Notes: generated by a model not told the origin, from the sequence alone. A DNA stretch of 64,000 nucleotides from Phyllobates terribilis (GCF_046119375.1 NW_027362777.1:1116001-1180000); one strand, 5' to 3'; positions 47,870 through 60,503 are shown, counted from the first letter of the stretch. Numbers and translations are program-made.

Positions 47870-48100
47870 CCAGTAATGGGGGATCTCCACATACCTCCAC
47901 CTGCAGAGCCGTCACCACATATATGGCTGCTCTGTGCGCACAGGAGCTGTGAGGAGGTCACAGGAGGGGAGGAGTCAGGGGTCACATGATCAGGGGCCTC
48001 AGTGGATGCAGGACTCTGCTGTGCTGGTTGTCATGGTGCTGGATGAGCTGAAGTTTATGTGTGGGGTCAGGAGGGGTTTACAGTGTGGATGTAGCAGAGC
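47870..48100 (-). promoter_or_regulatory. Putative non-coding first exon/promoter module of ZNF copy B
   Basis: Paralog of the 21860 module; GAG|GTATGT donor (exon end 47895); TCATGTGA box at 47982-47989. Confidence 0.55.
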
Positions 48101-49060
48101 CGCGTGTGTATGAGGTGTATGGAGCGGAGCCGTGTGTACGAGGCGTATGGAGCGGAGCCGTGTGTACGAGGCGTACGGAGCAGAGCCGCGTGTGTACGAG
48201 GTGTACGGAGCGGAGCCGCGTGTGTACGAGGTGTACGGAGCGGAGCCGCGCGTGTACAAGGCGTACGGAGCGGAGCCGCGCGTGTACGAGGCGTACGGAG
48301 CGGAACCGCGCGTGTACGAGGCGTACGGAGCGGAGCCGCGCGTGTACGAGGCGTACGGAGCGGAGCCGCGCGTGTACGAGGCGTACGGAGCGGAGCCGCG
48401 CGTGTACGAGGCGTACGGAGCGGAGCCGCGCGTGAACGAGGCGTACGGAGCGGAGCCGCGCGTGTACGAGGCGTACGGAGCGGAGCCGCACGTGTACGAG
48501 GCGTACGGAGCGGAGCCGCGCGTGTACGAGGCGTACGGAGCGGAACCGCGCGTGTACGATGCTTACGGAGCGGAACCGTGCGTATACGAGGAGTACGGAG
48601 CGGAACCGTGCGTGTACGAGGCGCACGGAGCGGAACCGTGTGTGTACGAGGCATACGGAGCAGAACCGTGTGTGTACGAGGCGTTCAGAGCGGAACCGTG
48701 TGTGTACGAGGTGTACGGAGCGGAACCGTGTGTGTACGAGGTGTACTGAGCGGAACCGTGTGTGTACGAGGTGTACTGAGCGGAACCGTGTGTGTACGAG
48801 GTGTACTGAGCGAAGCCGGGCCTGTACGAGGTGTACTGAGCGGAGCAGCGCGTGTACGAGGTGTACTGAGCGGAGCCGCGCGTTTACGAGGTGTACTGAG
48901 CGGAGCCGCGCGTGTACGAGGCGTACGGAGAGGAGCCGAGTGTTCGAGGCATTCGGAGCGGCGCCGCGTGTGTACGAGGTGTACGGAGCGAAACTGCGTG
49001 TGTACGAGGCGTGCGGAGCGGAACCGTGTGCGTATGAGGTGTACGGAGCGGAGCCACGCG
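48095..49060. repeat. 30-bp CpG-rich minisatellite, ~32 copies
   Basis: Unit GTGTACGAGGCGTACGGAGCGGAGCCGCGC. Confidence 0.97.
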
Positions 49061-49061
49061 T

Positions 49062-50957
49062 GTCCCCGCTTTCCCCCACATTTCCCAGAATAATGCAAAG
49101 TCACGTCCAATTATTATGGGATTCAATAGGTCCTTAACGACCGCCACTTCATGAGATGTGGTGCCACAGTCCGTGTTTACATCCACCGGGGCCATTGGCC
49201 CAGGAATCAGTCCATGAGGGAGTGTGGCCCTTATCAGGGTCTCCAAACTTCCTGAGTCCAATAGTCCAGAGACTTGTGCCCCCTTTACTGACACTGAGCA
49301 TGCCTGAGGGCCCTTGCCATGTTGAGAAAACGCGTCGCAGGCAGGGTAGGCAAAATAAGAGCAACGTCGGCCCATGTTGCAGTCCATTGGCTCAGAGTTT
49401 ACGGAACACCGGGCGGCAGTATGGCCAAGGGTATGACATCTCCAACACACTATATTATGGGGTGGGACGTTGGGCAGCAACTCAGACCCCTCCTGAACTC
49501 TATGACGCCCCCCAGGTGTGGCGCTAGCTACCTTCTTTTGGTTGTCCGCTGCCTTTTGAGAACCCCAGTATTGAGAGGCTACGACCCCTTGTTTTTCCAA
49601 CGGACTCTCAACCGCCTGGTATCTTTCCACCAACCCCACCAAGTCATCGGCATTATGGGGATCTCCCTGAGCAACCCAGGATTTCACCAACTTCGGAAGA
49701 GAGTGTATAAAACTGTCTATAATGACCTTCTCCACCATCTGTGCTGGGGAAGAAGATTCAGGTTGCAACCACTTTTGGACCAGGTGTAGGAGGTCGAACA
49801 TCTGGGACCGGGGAGGTTTGTCACTGCAATAGGCCCAGTAGTGCACCCATTGCGCCCTGACAGTCAGAGTCACTGCTAAGCGTGCCAAAATCTCAGTTTT
49901 CAACTTAGCGTACTCTTTCGCGTCCTGCAAGGCCAAGTCATAGGCCTTCTGCGGCTCACCTGTCAAATGTGGCGCCAGCACCTCCGCCTACTGCTCCGGA
50001 GACAATTTTTCCCGCTCTGCCACCCTCTCAAAGACAGTCAGGAACGCCTCAACGTCATCACCCGGGGTCTTCTTTTGTAATGCTCTTCTTACCGTCTTCC
50101 TGACGTATGAGTCATCACCTGGATCTGAGGATGTGGCGGTCGTCCTGCCATGGATCTGCTCTGCCAAGATTTTCATTTGTCTTTGCTGCTGTTGGATCTG
50201 CTGCATCAGAAGTTTATTTGTTTCCTGCTGCAGCATGCTCTGCTGGTACTGCTGCTGGTGTTGCGCTTGTTGCGCCTGCTGTGCCTGCAACAAATGTTTA
50301 AGCAGGTACTCCATTTTGTCTGGCGACACTTGCTGGCTTATGGCGGACTTCACCCAGGACATATACGTCTTCTTGCAGCAGTCACACTGCTGCTTGGGAT
50401 CTGTGCCCGTGCTTCTAGCACCAATTGTAGGGATTTGTACTCACTGAGCCGCGTTGGAGGTAGGCACAGATTCACACAGTGATGCAGTCCGCGGGTTCAA
50501 ACAAACTGGTGGTTTATTTAGTGTCCATACAACAGTGAGGAAACAAAAGTAACAGCCTTTTCCTGGCACAAAAAGGAATAACAGAACAAAGCTCAAAATA
50601 ACAAGTCCATGCAGCACGGCTTCAGCCGTTTAAACAAAGTGCCTTCCTCTGCCTCCTGCAGAGTCTAAGGAGCACATGCAAGGTCTGCTCACCTTGCCCA
50701 ACACACACAGACTGATAGAGACAGGCGCCGTTGTCTTAAATCAGCCTTCCAAGACCTGGACTGGAGGTAAGTGAGCAGCTGTTTCCCCACCCCCCAGCTC
50801 TTTCAGCTGCTCGTAAAACCGGCCCTGTAATCCGGGCCAATTAAATTCCTCTCAGTACTATGTGTGCTGGAGCCGGCTTCTCCCAGTCCTATATCACCGA
50901 AGCTTGGCACTTCGGGGACACATACCTCCCGTCCACGACCTCTGCGGCAGCCACCTT

Positions 50958-50960
<3 letters not shown>
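49062..50960 (-). mobile_element. Gmr1-like Gypsy 5' fragment: LTR, gag with SCAN-like domain and zinc knuckle, protease
   Basis: LTR 50426-50960 (TGTAAGG...CCCTACA) followed by TGGTG. Motifs DDVEAFLTVFERVA, LAPHLTGEPQKAY, KWLQPESSSPAQMVEKVIIDSFIHSLP, CWRCHTLGHTAARC and GLLDSGS. In-frame TAG at 49988-49990. Confidence 0.9.

Positions 50961-51013
<53 letters not shown>
50961..51013. repeat. (TA)n microsatellite
   Basis: Direct reading. Confidence 0.97.
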
Positions 51014-51016
<3 letters not shown>

Positions 51017-51842
51017 TACAGACCAAAAGTTTGGACACACCTTCTCTCTTAAAGATTATTCTGTATTTTCATGACTATGAAAATTATACATTCACCCTAA
51101 AGGCATCAAAACTATGAATTAACACATGTGGAATTATATACTTAACAAAAAAGTGTGAAACAACTGGTGCGGGGGTGCTTTGCTGGTGACACTGTTGGGG
51201 ATTTATTCAAAATTGAAGGCATACTGAACCAGCATGGCTACCACAGCATCTTGCAGCGGCATGCTATTCCATACGGTTTGCGTTTAGCTGGATCATCATT
51301 TATTTTTCAACAGGACAATGACCCCAAACACACCTCCAGGCTGTTTAAGGGCTATTTGACCAAGAAGGAGAGTGATGGGGTGCTACGCCAGATGACCTGG
51401 CCTCCACAGTCACCAGACCTGAACCCAATCGAGATGGTTTGGGGTGAGCTGGACCGCAGAGTGAAGGCAAAAGGGCCAACAAGTGCTAAGCATCTCTGGG
51501 AACTCCTTCAAGATTGTTGGAAGGCAAGAAGTCCCACTTATTAAACCTGACAGGGCACACCTGTGAAGTGAAAACCATTTCTGGTGACTACCTCTTGAAG
51601 CTCATCAAGAGAATGCCAAGAGTTTTGCAAAGCAGTCATCAAAGCAAAAGGTGGCTCCTTTGAAGAACCTAGAATGTAAGACATATTTTCAGCTGTTTCA
51701 CACTTTTTTGTTAAGTATATAATTCCACATGTGTTAATTCATAGTTTTGATGCCTTCAGTGTGAATGTACAATTTTCATAGTCATGAAAATACAGAAAAA
51801 TCTTTAAATGAGAAGGTGTGTCCAAACTTTTGGTCTGTACTG
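51014..51842 (+). mobile_element. Internally deleted Tc1, same family as 37556-39188
   Basis: Same CAGTACAGACCAAAAGTTTGG termini flanked by TA; FQQDNDPKH...[11 protein letters not shown]. Confidence 0.95.
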
Positions 51843-51944
51843 TATGTGTATAGGGTCAGTATGTATATATTCTGTACTGTATGTGTATAGGGTCAGTATG
51901 TATATATTCTGTACTGCATGTGTAGATTTATAAAGATAAGTGAT

Positions 51945-52935
51945 ATAGTGATCGTACACCTCGTACACACACCGCTCTGCTCCGTACACCTTGTACACGC
52001 GTGGCTCCGCTCCGTACACCTCGTACAAACGCGGATCCGCTCCATACATCTCGTACACACGCGGCTCCGCTCCGTACACCTCGTACATGTGCGGCTCCGC
52101 TCCGTACACCTCGTACATGCACGGCTCCGCTCCGTGCACCTAGTACATGTGCGGCTCCGCTCCGTACACCTCGTACACTCGTGCCTCCGCTCCGTACATC
52201 TCGTACACACACGGATCTGCTCCGTACACCTCGTAAACACGCGGCTCCGCTCCGTACATCTCGTAAACACGCGGCTCCGCTCCGTACTCCTCGTACACAC
52301 GCGGCTCCGCCCCGTACATCTCGTACACACGTGCGGCTCTGCTCCGTACACCTCGTACACATGCGGCTCCGCTCTGTACACCTCGTACACACGCGGCTCC
52401 ACTCCGTACACCTCGTACACACTCGGCTCCGCTCCGTACACCTCGTACACACGCGGCTCCGCTCCGTACACCTCGTACACGCGTGGCTCCGTACACCTCG
52501 TACACGCGCGGCTCCGCTCCGTACGCCGCGTACACGCGCGGCTCTGCTCCGTACACCTCGTACACGCGCGGCTCTGCTCCGTACACCTCGTACACGCGCG
52601 GCTCTGCTCCGTACACACACGGCTCCGCTCCGTACACCTCGTAAACACACGGCTCTGCTCCGTACACCTCGTACACACACGGCTCCGCTCCGTACACCTC
52701 GTACACACGCGGCTCCGCTCCGTACACCTTGTACACACACGGCTCCGCTTCGTACACCTCGTACACACGCGGCTCTGCTCCGTACACCTCGTACACACGC
52801 GGCTCTGCTCCGTACACCTCGTACACACACGGCTCCGCTCCGTACACCTCGTACACACGCGGCTCTGCTCCGTACGCCTCGTACACGTGCAGCTCTACTC
52901 CGTACGCCTCGTACACACACGGCTCTGCTCCGCGG
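51945..52935. repeat. 30-bp CpG-rich minisatellite, ~33 copies, inverted relative to 48095-49060
   Basis: Unit CGTACACCTCGTACACACGCGGCTCCGCTC. Confidence 0.97.
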
Positions 52936-53163
52936 CTCTGCTACATCCACACTGTAAACCCCTCCTGACCCCACACATAAACTTCAGCTCATCCAGCACC
53001 ATGACAACCAGCACAGCAGAGTCCTGCATCCACTGAGGCCCCTGATCATGTGACCCCTGACTCCTCCCCTCCTGTGACCTCATCACAGCTCCTGTGCGCA
53101 CAGAGCAGCCATATATGTGGTGGCGGCTCTGCAGGTGGAGGTATGTGGAGACCCCATTACTGG
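52935..53163 (+). promoter_or_regulatory. Putative non-coding first exon/promoter module of ZNF copy C
   Basis: Reverse complement of 47870-48100; GAG|GTATGT donor (exon end 53140); TCATGTGA at 53046-53053. Confidence 0.55.
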
Positions 53164-53340
53164 GCGCAGGGGGTATTAACCCCTTCAGCACCGAGACTCT
53201 TTTGGGGTCTTGTGTTGCCCATTTATAAGAATCATAAGGTTTTTGTTCTGTTTCCTGTAATAGATACATACGACCCAACTATGGAGACAGGAAGGGAGGA
53301 AACGTATTGTTCTCATAGTACAGGACCCCTTTACTGGCCC

Positions 53341-53760
53341 CACAGTGTAATGCCCCCATTATGCCCCTTATGCAGGATGTTGATGCCCCCACACAGTGTA
53401 ATGCCCCCATTATGCCCCTTATGCAGGATGTATGATGCCCCCACACAGTGTAATGCCCCCATTATGCCCCTTATACAGGATGTATGATGCCCCCACACAG
53501 TATAATGCCCCCATTATGCCCGTTATGCAGTTTGTATGATGCCCCCACACAGTGTAATGCCCCCATTATGCCCCTTATGCAGTATGTATGATGCCCCCAC
53601 AGTGTAATGCCCCTTATGCAGGATGTATGATGCCCCCACACAGTGTAATGTCCCCGTTATGTCCCTTATGCAGTATGTATGATGCCCCCCACACAGTGTA
53701 ATGCCCCCATTATGCCCCTTATGCAGTGTGTATGATGCCCCCCACACAGTATAATGTTCC
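53341..53760. repeat. ~52-bp minisatellite, ~8 copies
   Basis: Unit approximately CACAGTGTAATGCCCCCATTATGCCCCTTATGCAGGATGTATGATGCCCCCA. Confidence 0.92.
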
Positions 53761-53849
53761 CATAGTACCACCTGAGGTTTTACAGTTGGAATAATCCCTC
53801 TGGAGTTGGTTTTCCCTTTGCCTGCTCCCCTACATGTAGACCCTCGAGC

Positions 53850-54296
53850 ATGTATACATGCATGTAGGGGAGCAGGCCTTACTAGATATCGAGGCTTTGT
53901 ACAGTAATATACCGCATGAGGATGGTATCAGAGGAGTAAGACGTTTCTTGAAATCGAGATCAATAGAGTGTAGCAGACATAATGACTTCATGGAGGATCT
54001 TCTAAAATTCACTCTTACTCATAACTCCTTTGTTTTTGACAGGAAGTACTTCCACCAGCTCAGGGGTACTGCGATGGGTAGCCTCTGTGCCCCCTCATAT
54101 GCTAACTTATCCCTGGACTGGTGGGAGGAATCCACAATATTCAGGGATGATGATAAGTGATGGCATCCATATATTGGGGTATGGTACAAATATCTTGATG
54201 ACATTTTTATCACCTGGTCAGGGACGAGTGAACAATCTTTTGAATTTGTCGGGGAACTCAACATCAATAGAGTGGGCCTGAGATTTACATCTGAAT
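53850..54296 (+). mobile_element. Penelope-like RT, 5' part (continues at 60101-60400)
   Basis: LDIEALYSNIPH, FHQLRGTAMGSLCAPSYANL, WYKYLDDIFITW and GLRFTSEF. Confidence 0.9.
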
Positions 54297-56938
54297 TTAT
54301 TATAATAATAATTTTTATTTTTATAGCGACAACATATTCCACAGCACTTTACAATTTTAGGGGGGACTTATACAGACAATACAGACTTTACAGAATAAGC
54401 ATAACTCAGAAATTAAAAGGAGTGAGGGCCCTGCTCGCAAGCTTACAGTCTGTAAGGAAATAGGGGAGACACAAAAGGTAAAATGTATATATATTGTATA
54501 ATACAGCCTTAATATACTAAATAGGGTAAGTACATAACACCACATGAACTGGTCGCCAGCCAGTATGTGCCAGTATTTTTGAAGAAAATTTTAATATGGG
54601 CCAAACTGGGACAGTTAGATAAGTGTGTTGAGGTGATAGGCCAATCTAAAGAAATGGGTTTTTACGGCGCGCTTAAAACTGTGAGTATTGGGAATTAATC
54701 AAATTGTCCTGGGTAATGCATTCCAAAGAATTGGTGCAGCATGCGAGAAAACTTGGAGACGGGAGTGAGAGGTTCAGATTATGGAGGATTTTAGTTTTAA
54801 GTCATTAGCAGAACGGAGGGCACGGGTAGGGTGATAGACTGACACCAGGGAGGTGATGTAGGGCGGTGCAGAATCGTCAAGAGCTTTGTGGGTAAGAGCA
54901 ATAAGTTTATATTGAACTCTGTATTGGATGGGCAATCAGTGCAATGACTGGCACAGGGAAGAGGCATTGTTGTATCGGTTGGTGAGGAATATGACCCTGA
55001 CTGCTGCGTTCAGGACGGATTGGAGAGGGGAATGTTTAGAAAGAGGGAGACCGATAAGTAAAGAGTTGCAATAGTCCAGACGAGAATGAATAAGAGCTAC
55101 AGTAAGAGTTTTTACAGAGTCAAAGGTAAGAAAATTTCTGATTCTAGAGATGTTTTGGAGGTGTAGATGACACGAGCGAGCGATTTGATGTGAGGAGTGA
55201 AGGAAAGATCTGAATCAAGTATGACCCCAAGACAGCGGGCATTTTGCTGGCGAGTAATGATGGAGCCACAAACGGAGATGGCAATATTGGGCATAGGTAG
55301 GTTAGTGGAGGGAGGAAATACGAGTAGTTCAGTTTTTGACAGATTCAATTTTAGATAGAGGGAGGACATAGTGTTAGAGACAGCGGAAAGACAATCACTG
55401 GTATTTTGTAATAATGCAGGGGTGATGTCCGAAGAAGAGGTGTATAATTGGGTGTCATCAGCATAGAGATGGTACTAAAAACCGAATCTGCTGATTGTTT
55501 GTCCAATAGGAGCGGAATATAAGGAGAAAAGAAGGGGGCCTAAGACTGATCATTGAGGAACCACGACAATAAGGGGAAGGGGAGAGGAAGAGGAGCCAGC
55601 AAAAGACACAGTGAAGGAGCAGGCAGTGAGGTAGATCCACAGTGTCGAATGCTGCAGAGAGATCCAGGAGAATCAGCAGGGAGTAGTGACCATTAGATTT
55701 GGCTGTTAGTAGATCATTAGACATTTTAGTGAGTGCAGTTTCAGTAGAATGTAAAGAGCGGAAACCAGATTGTAAAGGGTCAAGAAGGGAGTTATCTGAG
55801 AGATAGCAGATTAGACAGCAGTGGACCAGTCATTCCAGGAGTTTAGAGATAAAGGGAAGATTGGAAATAGGTCTGTAGTTAGCAGCACAGTTCTGGTCGA
55901 GGGATGTTTATTTAAGTAATGGATGTATGCTGGCGTGTTTAACCCCTTTATGACCCAGGGCATATTAGTACGTATCTGTGCCCTGGGCCTGATGCGTATT
56001 AATACACCCTGGCGATTTCGCCCACACACAAGCGGTGCGGGCGAGATCGCCACCGGGTGTCAGCTGATTGTTACAGCTGACACCCAGTGCTATGTGCAGG
56101 GAGCAGCCCCGCACCGCTCCCCGCACATTAACCTCCGAAATGCGATCGAAATCAATCGCAGCATTCCGGTGGCAAGAGGAGGTAAGCTCGATACTTACCT
56201 TGTCTGCCGGCGTCCAGCGGCATCGGAGTCCGGTCCCGGATGTTGCCATGGTGACCCGACGTCATCATGACAACATCTGGGACACCAGGAGGCAGGAAGT
56301 TGCTTTGGTCATGCACAGTGCACGACCAAAGTAACTTCTCCCTGTGCAGCGCTGACAGACTGCATGGCATAGGGAGCTGCTGCTCTCTATGCCATGCAGC
56401 CGATCAGGCTGCAAAAAGTGAAAATCCCATAGTGGGACAATGTGTAAAAGTAATAAAAATGTCAGAAAAAAATAAATAAAAAATATATATATATATATAT
56501 TGTACCCATAAAAAAATAATCTTATGAAAAAAAAAATAAACCAATAAAAGTACACATATTTGGTATCGCCGCGTCCGGAACGACCTGACCTATAAAACTG
56601 TCCTGCTAGTTAACCCTTTTAGTGAACACGATAAAAAAAAAGCAAAAAAACGAAACATAAAACCATGCTTTATCATCATACCGCCAAACAAAAAATGGAA
56701 TAAAACGCGATCAAAAAGACAAATGTAAATGACTGTCGGCCGAAATATGGAAAAATTATAGCTCTCAAAATATGGCGATGTAAAAACTAGTCTGCAAAAA
56801 AATGTGTCTTTTAAGTGTGTGACAGCTGTCAATCATAAAAACCCGTTATGAATCTGGCATCACTGTAATTGCACCGACCCGAATAATAAAGTCGTCTAAT
56901 CACTTATACCGCACGAGGAACGGTGTAAAAAATAAACT

Positions 56939-57035
56939 TTAGGGTTAGGGTTGTGCTAGGGTTAGGGTTGGGGTTGGGCTAGGGTTAGGCTAGAGTTAGG
57001 GTTGGGCTAAGGTTAGGGTTAGGGTTGGGGCTGGG
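56939..57035 (+). repeat. Degenerate (TTAGGG)n-like tract
   Basis: TTAGGGTTAGGGTTG...TTAGGGTTAGGGTTGGGG. Confidence 0.85.
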
Positions 57036-57359
57036 ATTTTTTCAGAAGTAGAAAAAAAAAATGACGATAAGGTGACTAATGTTGAACGCAAGTGCTCGCT
57101 ACTTGAGTTTGCATCGGGTGCTCGGGTGACATGCTCGAGTCTCCGTCCCAAATGTTTTGCAGCTGTTATACAGCCAAAAAAACCTTGCGGGGATTGCCAT
57201 GCACCAGCGATCCCCGCATGTTTTTTTTTTGGTGTCTAATAACCGTGAAGCATGCGGGGCGGGGACACGAGCATGTCACTCGAGCACCCGCGATACATGG
57301 TGCATATCTGAGCACCCGATGCAAACTCAAATAGCGAGCACTTGCACTCAAGACTAATG

Positions 57360-58920
57360 ACAACTTATTAATATGATGACCTAATGTTATCAAATTCTGT
57401 GTCGTACCTCTGGGTTCAAAATGTTCACTATACCCCTTGATAAAATCCTTGAGGTGTGTAGTTTCCAAAATGGGGTCACTTGTGGGGGGTTTCCACTACT
57501 TAGGCACATCAGGGGCTCTCCAAACGCAACATGGCATCCGCCCTCGATTCCAGACAATTTTGCATTCAAAAAGTCACACAGTGCTCCTTCCCTTCTGAAC
57601 TCTGCCGTGCGCCCAAACACTGTATTTTCCCCACATATGGGGTATTGGCTTACTCAGGAAAAATTGCACAACAGTTTTTGGGTTCCATTTTCCCCTCTTA
57701 CCCTTGTGAAAATAAAAAAATTGGGTCTAAAACATAATTTTTGTGGTAAAAGTTAGATTTTTTTATTTTCACGGCTCCATGTTATAAACTTCTGTAAAAC
57801 ACTTTGGGGTTCAGGATGCTCACCACACATCTAGATAAGTTCCCTGAGGGGTCTAGTTTCCAAAATGGTGTCACTTGTGGGGGGTTTCCACTGTTTAGGC
57901 ACATCAGGGGCTGTCCAAACACAACATGGTGTCTGCTAATTATTCAAGCAAATTTTACATTCAAAAAGTCAAATAGCGCTCCTTCCCTTCTGAACCCTGC
58001 CGCGCGCCCAAACAGTGGTTTTCCCGCACATATGGAGTATCGGCTTACTCAGGAGAAATTGCACAACAAATTGCTTAGTGCAATTTCTCTTACCCTTATG
58101 AAAATGCAAAATTGGGAGCTGAAAAACATTTTTGCTGAAAAAATGTGAACATTTTATTTTTACGGTTCAATGTTATAAACTTCTGTGAAGCACCTGGGTG
58201 TTCAAGTTGCTCACCACACATCTAGATAGGTTCCCTAAGGGGTATAGTTTCCAAAATGGGTTCACTTGTGGGGGGTTTCCACTGTTTAGGCACATCAGGA
58301 GCTCTCCAAACGTAACATGGCGTCCGCTAATTATTCAAGCAAATTTTACATTCAAAAAGTCAAATGGCGCTCCTTCCCTTCCGAGCCCTGCTGTGTTCTC
58401 AAACAGTGTTTTTTCCTCACTTATGGGGTATCTGCGTGCTCAGAGGAAATTTCACCACAAATTTTGGGGTCCATTTTTTTCTGTTACCCCTGCGAAAACA
58501 AAAAAATTTGGGTCTAAAGTAACATTTTTGTGAAAAAAGTTAAATGTTAATTTTTTTCTTCCACATTCCAAAAATTCCTGTGAAGAACCTGAAGGGTTTT
58601 TAAACTTCTTGAATGTGGTTTTGAGCACCTTGAGGGGTGCAGTTTTTAGAATGGTGTCACTCTTGGGTATTTTCTGTCATAAAAGCCCTTCAAAGTCACT
58701 TCAAATGTGATGTGGTCCCTAAAAAAAATGGTTTTGTAAATTTTGTTGTAAAAATGAGAAATCGCTGGTCAACTTTTAACCCTTATAGCTCCTTACTAGA
58801 AAAAAATTTTGGTTCCAAAATTGCGCTGATGTAAAGTAGACATGTGGGAAATTTTATTTATTAACTATTTTGTGTAACATATCTCTCTGATTTAAGGGCA
58901 TAAAAATTAAAATTTTGAAA
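57360..58920. repeat. ~393-bp tandem repeat, 3-4 units
   Basis: GGCACATCAGG landmarks at 57503, 57898 and 58289. Confidence 0.88.
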
Positions 58921-60100
58921 ACTAGTTAGGTGAGTGGTGGCAGCTGGAGAAAGGGACTGAAGGAGATGTGAAGGAATAGGGTCACTGGTGCAGGTGGTAG
59001 AGCGAGAGGAAGCAAGGAGCCTTGTCACTTCTTCTTCCGTTACTGTTTCGAAGTCAGAAAATGAGCAAGATACAATGTGGGAGGGAGGAGCATGCATAAC
59101 ATGTGGGGATTGAGAAAAAAATTTCCTGTCGGATATGGTCAATTTTTTCTTTGAAATAATTGGCGAGATCGTCAGTGCTGAGGTCGGTGGTTGGGGCCTG
59201 TGCTTATTGATTAAGGAGAGAGTGAAAAGTGTCAAACAGGTGTTTAGGATTATTGGACCATGAGATGATTAGGTTGTCAAAGTAGGTTTGTTTGGATAGG
59301 TGAAGGGCGGCTTTATAGGTTTTAAGCATAAATTTATAATGGAGGAAATCTTCGGCCAGACAAGATTTTGTCCACAGCCGTTCGGCACACCTGGAGCACC
59401 ACTGGAAAAAATGTGCTTGCAGCGTGTTCCAGGGTTGTCGCCGTCTGTGCCGAGTTGTTCTCTGTGTAGGAGGTGTGCCTTCATCCAGGGCGCATTGCAA
59501 TGTTTCGTTATAATGCTTCAGTGCAGAGTCAGGGCATGAGAGGGAGGAGATTGGGGCCAATGATCATTGCAACGTTTTCATAAATTTCTGGGTGTTAATG
59601 GCATGTATATTTCTATAAGTGTGGAAAGTAGGGGTGTCTTGAGCAGGGTGACAGTTCTTGACAGAGAATGGGAGAAGGTTGTGATCAGAGAGTGGAAGAG
59701 GAGAGTTAGTAATGTCATGTATTGAACAGAGCTGTGCGAAGATCAGGTCAAAGAGTATTTCCATCTTTATGTGTAGGAGAATTAGTAAGCTGTGAAAGGC
59801 CGAAGGAGGAAGTTAGCGATAAAAGATGAGCGGCAGATAGGGAGAGGGAATCGCTAATTGGGATGTTAAAGTCTCCCATGATGGGGGTGGGGATGTCATA
59901 GGATAGAAAGTTTGGAAGTTAAGTGGCAAAGTGATCCACAAACTGACGGGAGGGGGCCGGAGGGCGATACACAACCGCCACTGGCAGGGAGAAGGGCCGG
60001 TAGAGTCTGACTGTGTGGACCTCAAAAGAAGGGATGAAAAGTGAGGGTACTGGGGGATAACCTGAAAAGTACATTTTGTTTAAAGAAGCAGACCAACACC

Positions 60101-60400
60101 AATTATTACCAGTTGCCTTTCCTGTATGTACTGATCAAGAAGGATTGTAATGGGACCATAGGGACACTCATCTACCATAAACCTTCAAGCACTAATAAAC
60201 TATTGAAGTGGGATAACCACCACCCCCACCCCCATCCCCATAAAAAGAGGAAAACCCAAGGGCCAAATTTTACGGTTGAGAAGGTACTGCTAGAATGTCA
60301 CAGATTTTAATATACAGGCAATAGACCTGAACACCAGATTAAGGGATGAAGGGTACTCATGGTACAGTTTAGATTCCGCATCATCGTTTGCAGAAAAATG
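60101..60400 (+). mobile_element. Penelope-like RT, 3' continuation
   Basis: QLPFLYVLI...GTLIYHKPSSTNKLLKWDNHHP. Confidence 0.8.
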
Positions 60401-60503
60401 GTCTTATCCATCAGCTTATCTTTTTCTCATTCAGATCTAAAATACCGGATCCTCTCAGTGAAAGTCATCTATATAAGAACATTTTCCTGATTTATCCAGG
60501 AAA

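Larger units (their letters stand above)
55943..58922. mobile_element. piggyBac-like (TTAA|CCCC) non-autonomous element with internal repeats
   Basis: Begins after TTAA at 55939-55942 within L2 coding sequence; contains telomere-like repeats, a palindromic MITE (~57077-57356) and ~393-bp tandem units. The right terminus was not found. Confidence 0.55.
54303..60100 (-). mobile_element. L2 LINE (endonuclease 58925-60100; RT and 3' end 54303-55938) interrupted by a MITE
   Basis: GVGLLL, LDLIFAQ...[37 protein letters not shown] and LKLNLSKTELLVFPP; (TAA)n tail. Confidence 0.88.

Noticed and set aside
48061-49137. Long Arg/Val/Tyr-rich ORFs here and at 51893-53036
   Set aside because: Translations of the 30-bp minisatellite, open in several frames at once.
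50405-50424. Assignable tRNA primer-binding site for the SCAN-Gypsy
   Set aside because: TGGTGCTAGAAGC only loosely resembles a tRNA-Leu-type PBS; the tRNA cannot be assigned without a tRNA set.
56939-57035. Chromosome end or fusion scar
   Set aside because: Short, degenerate, single orientation and embedded in a repeat element.
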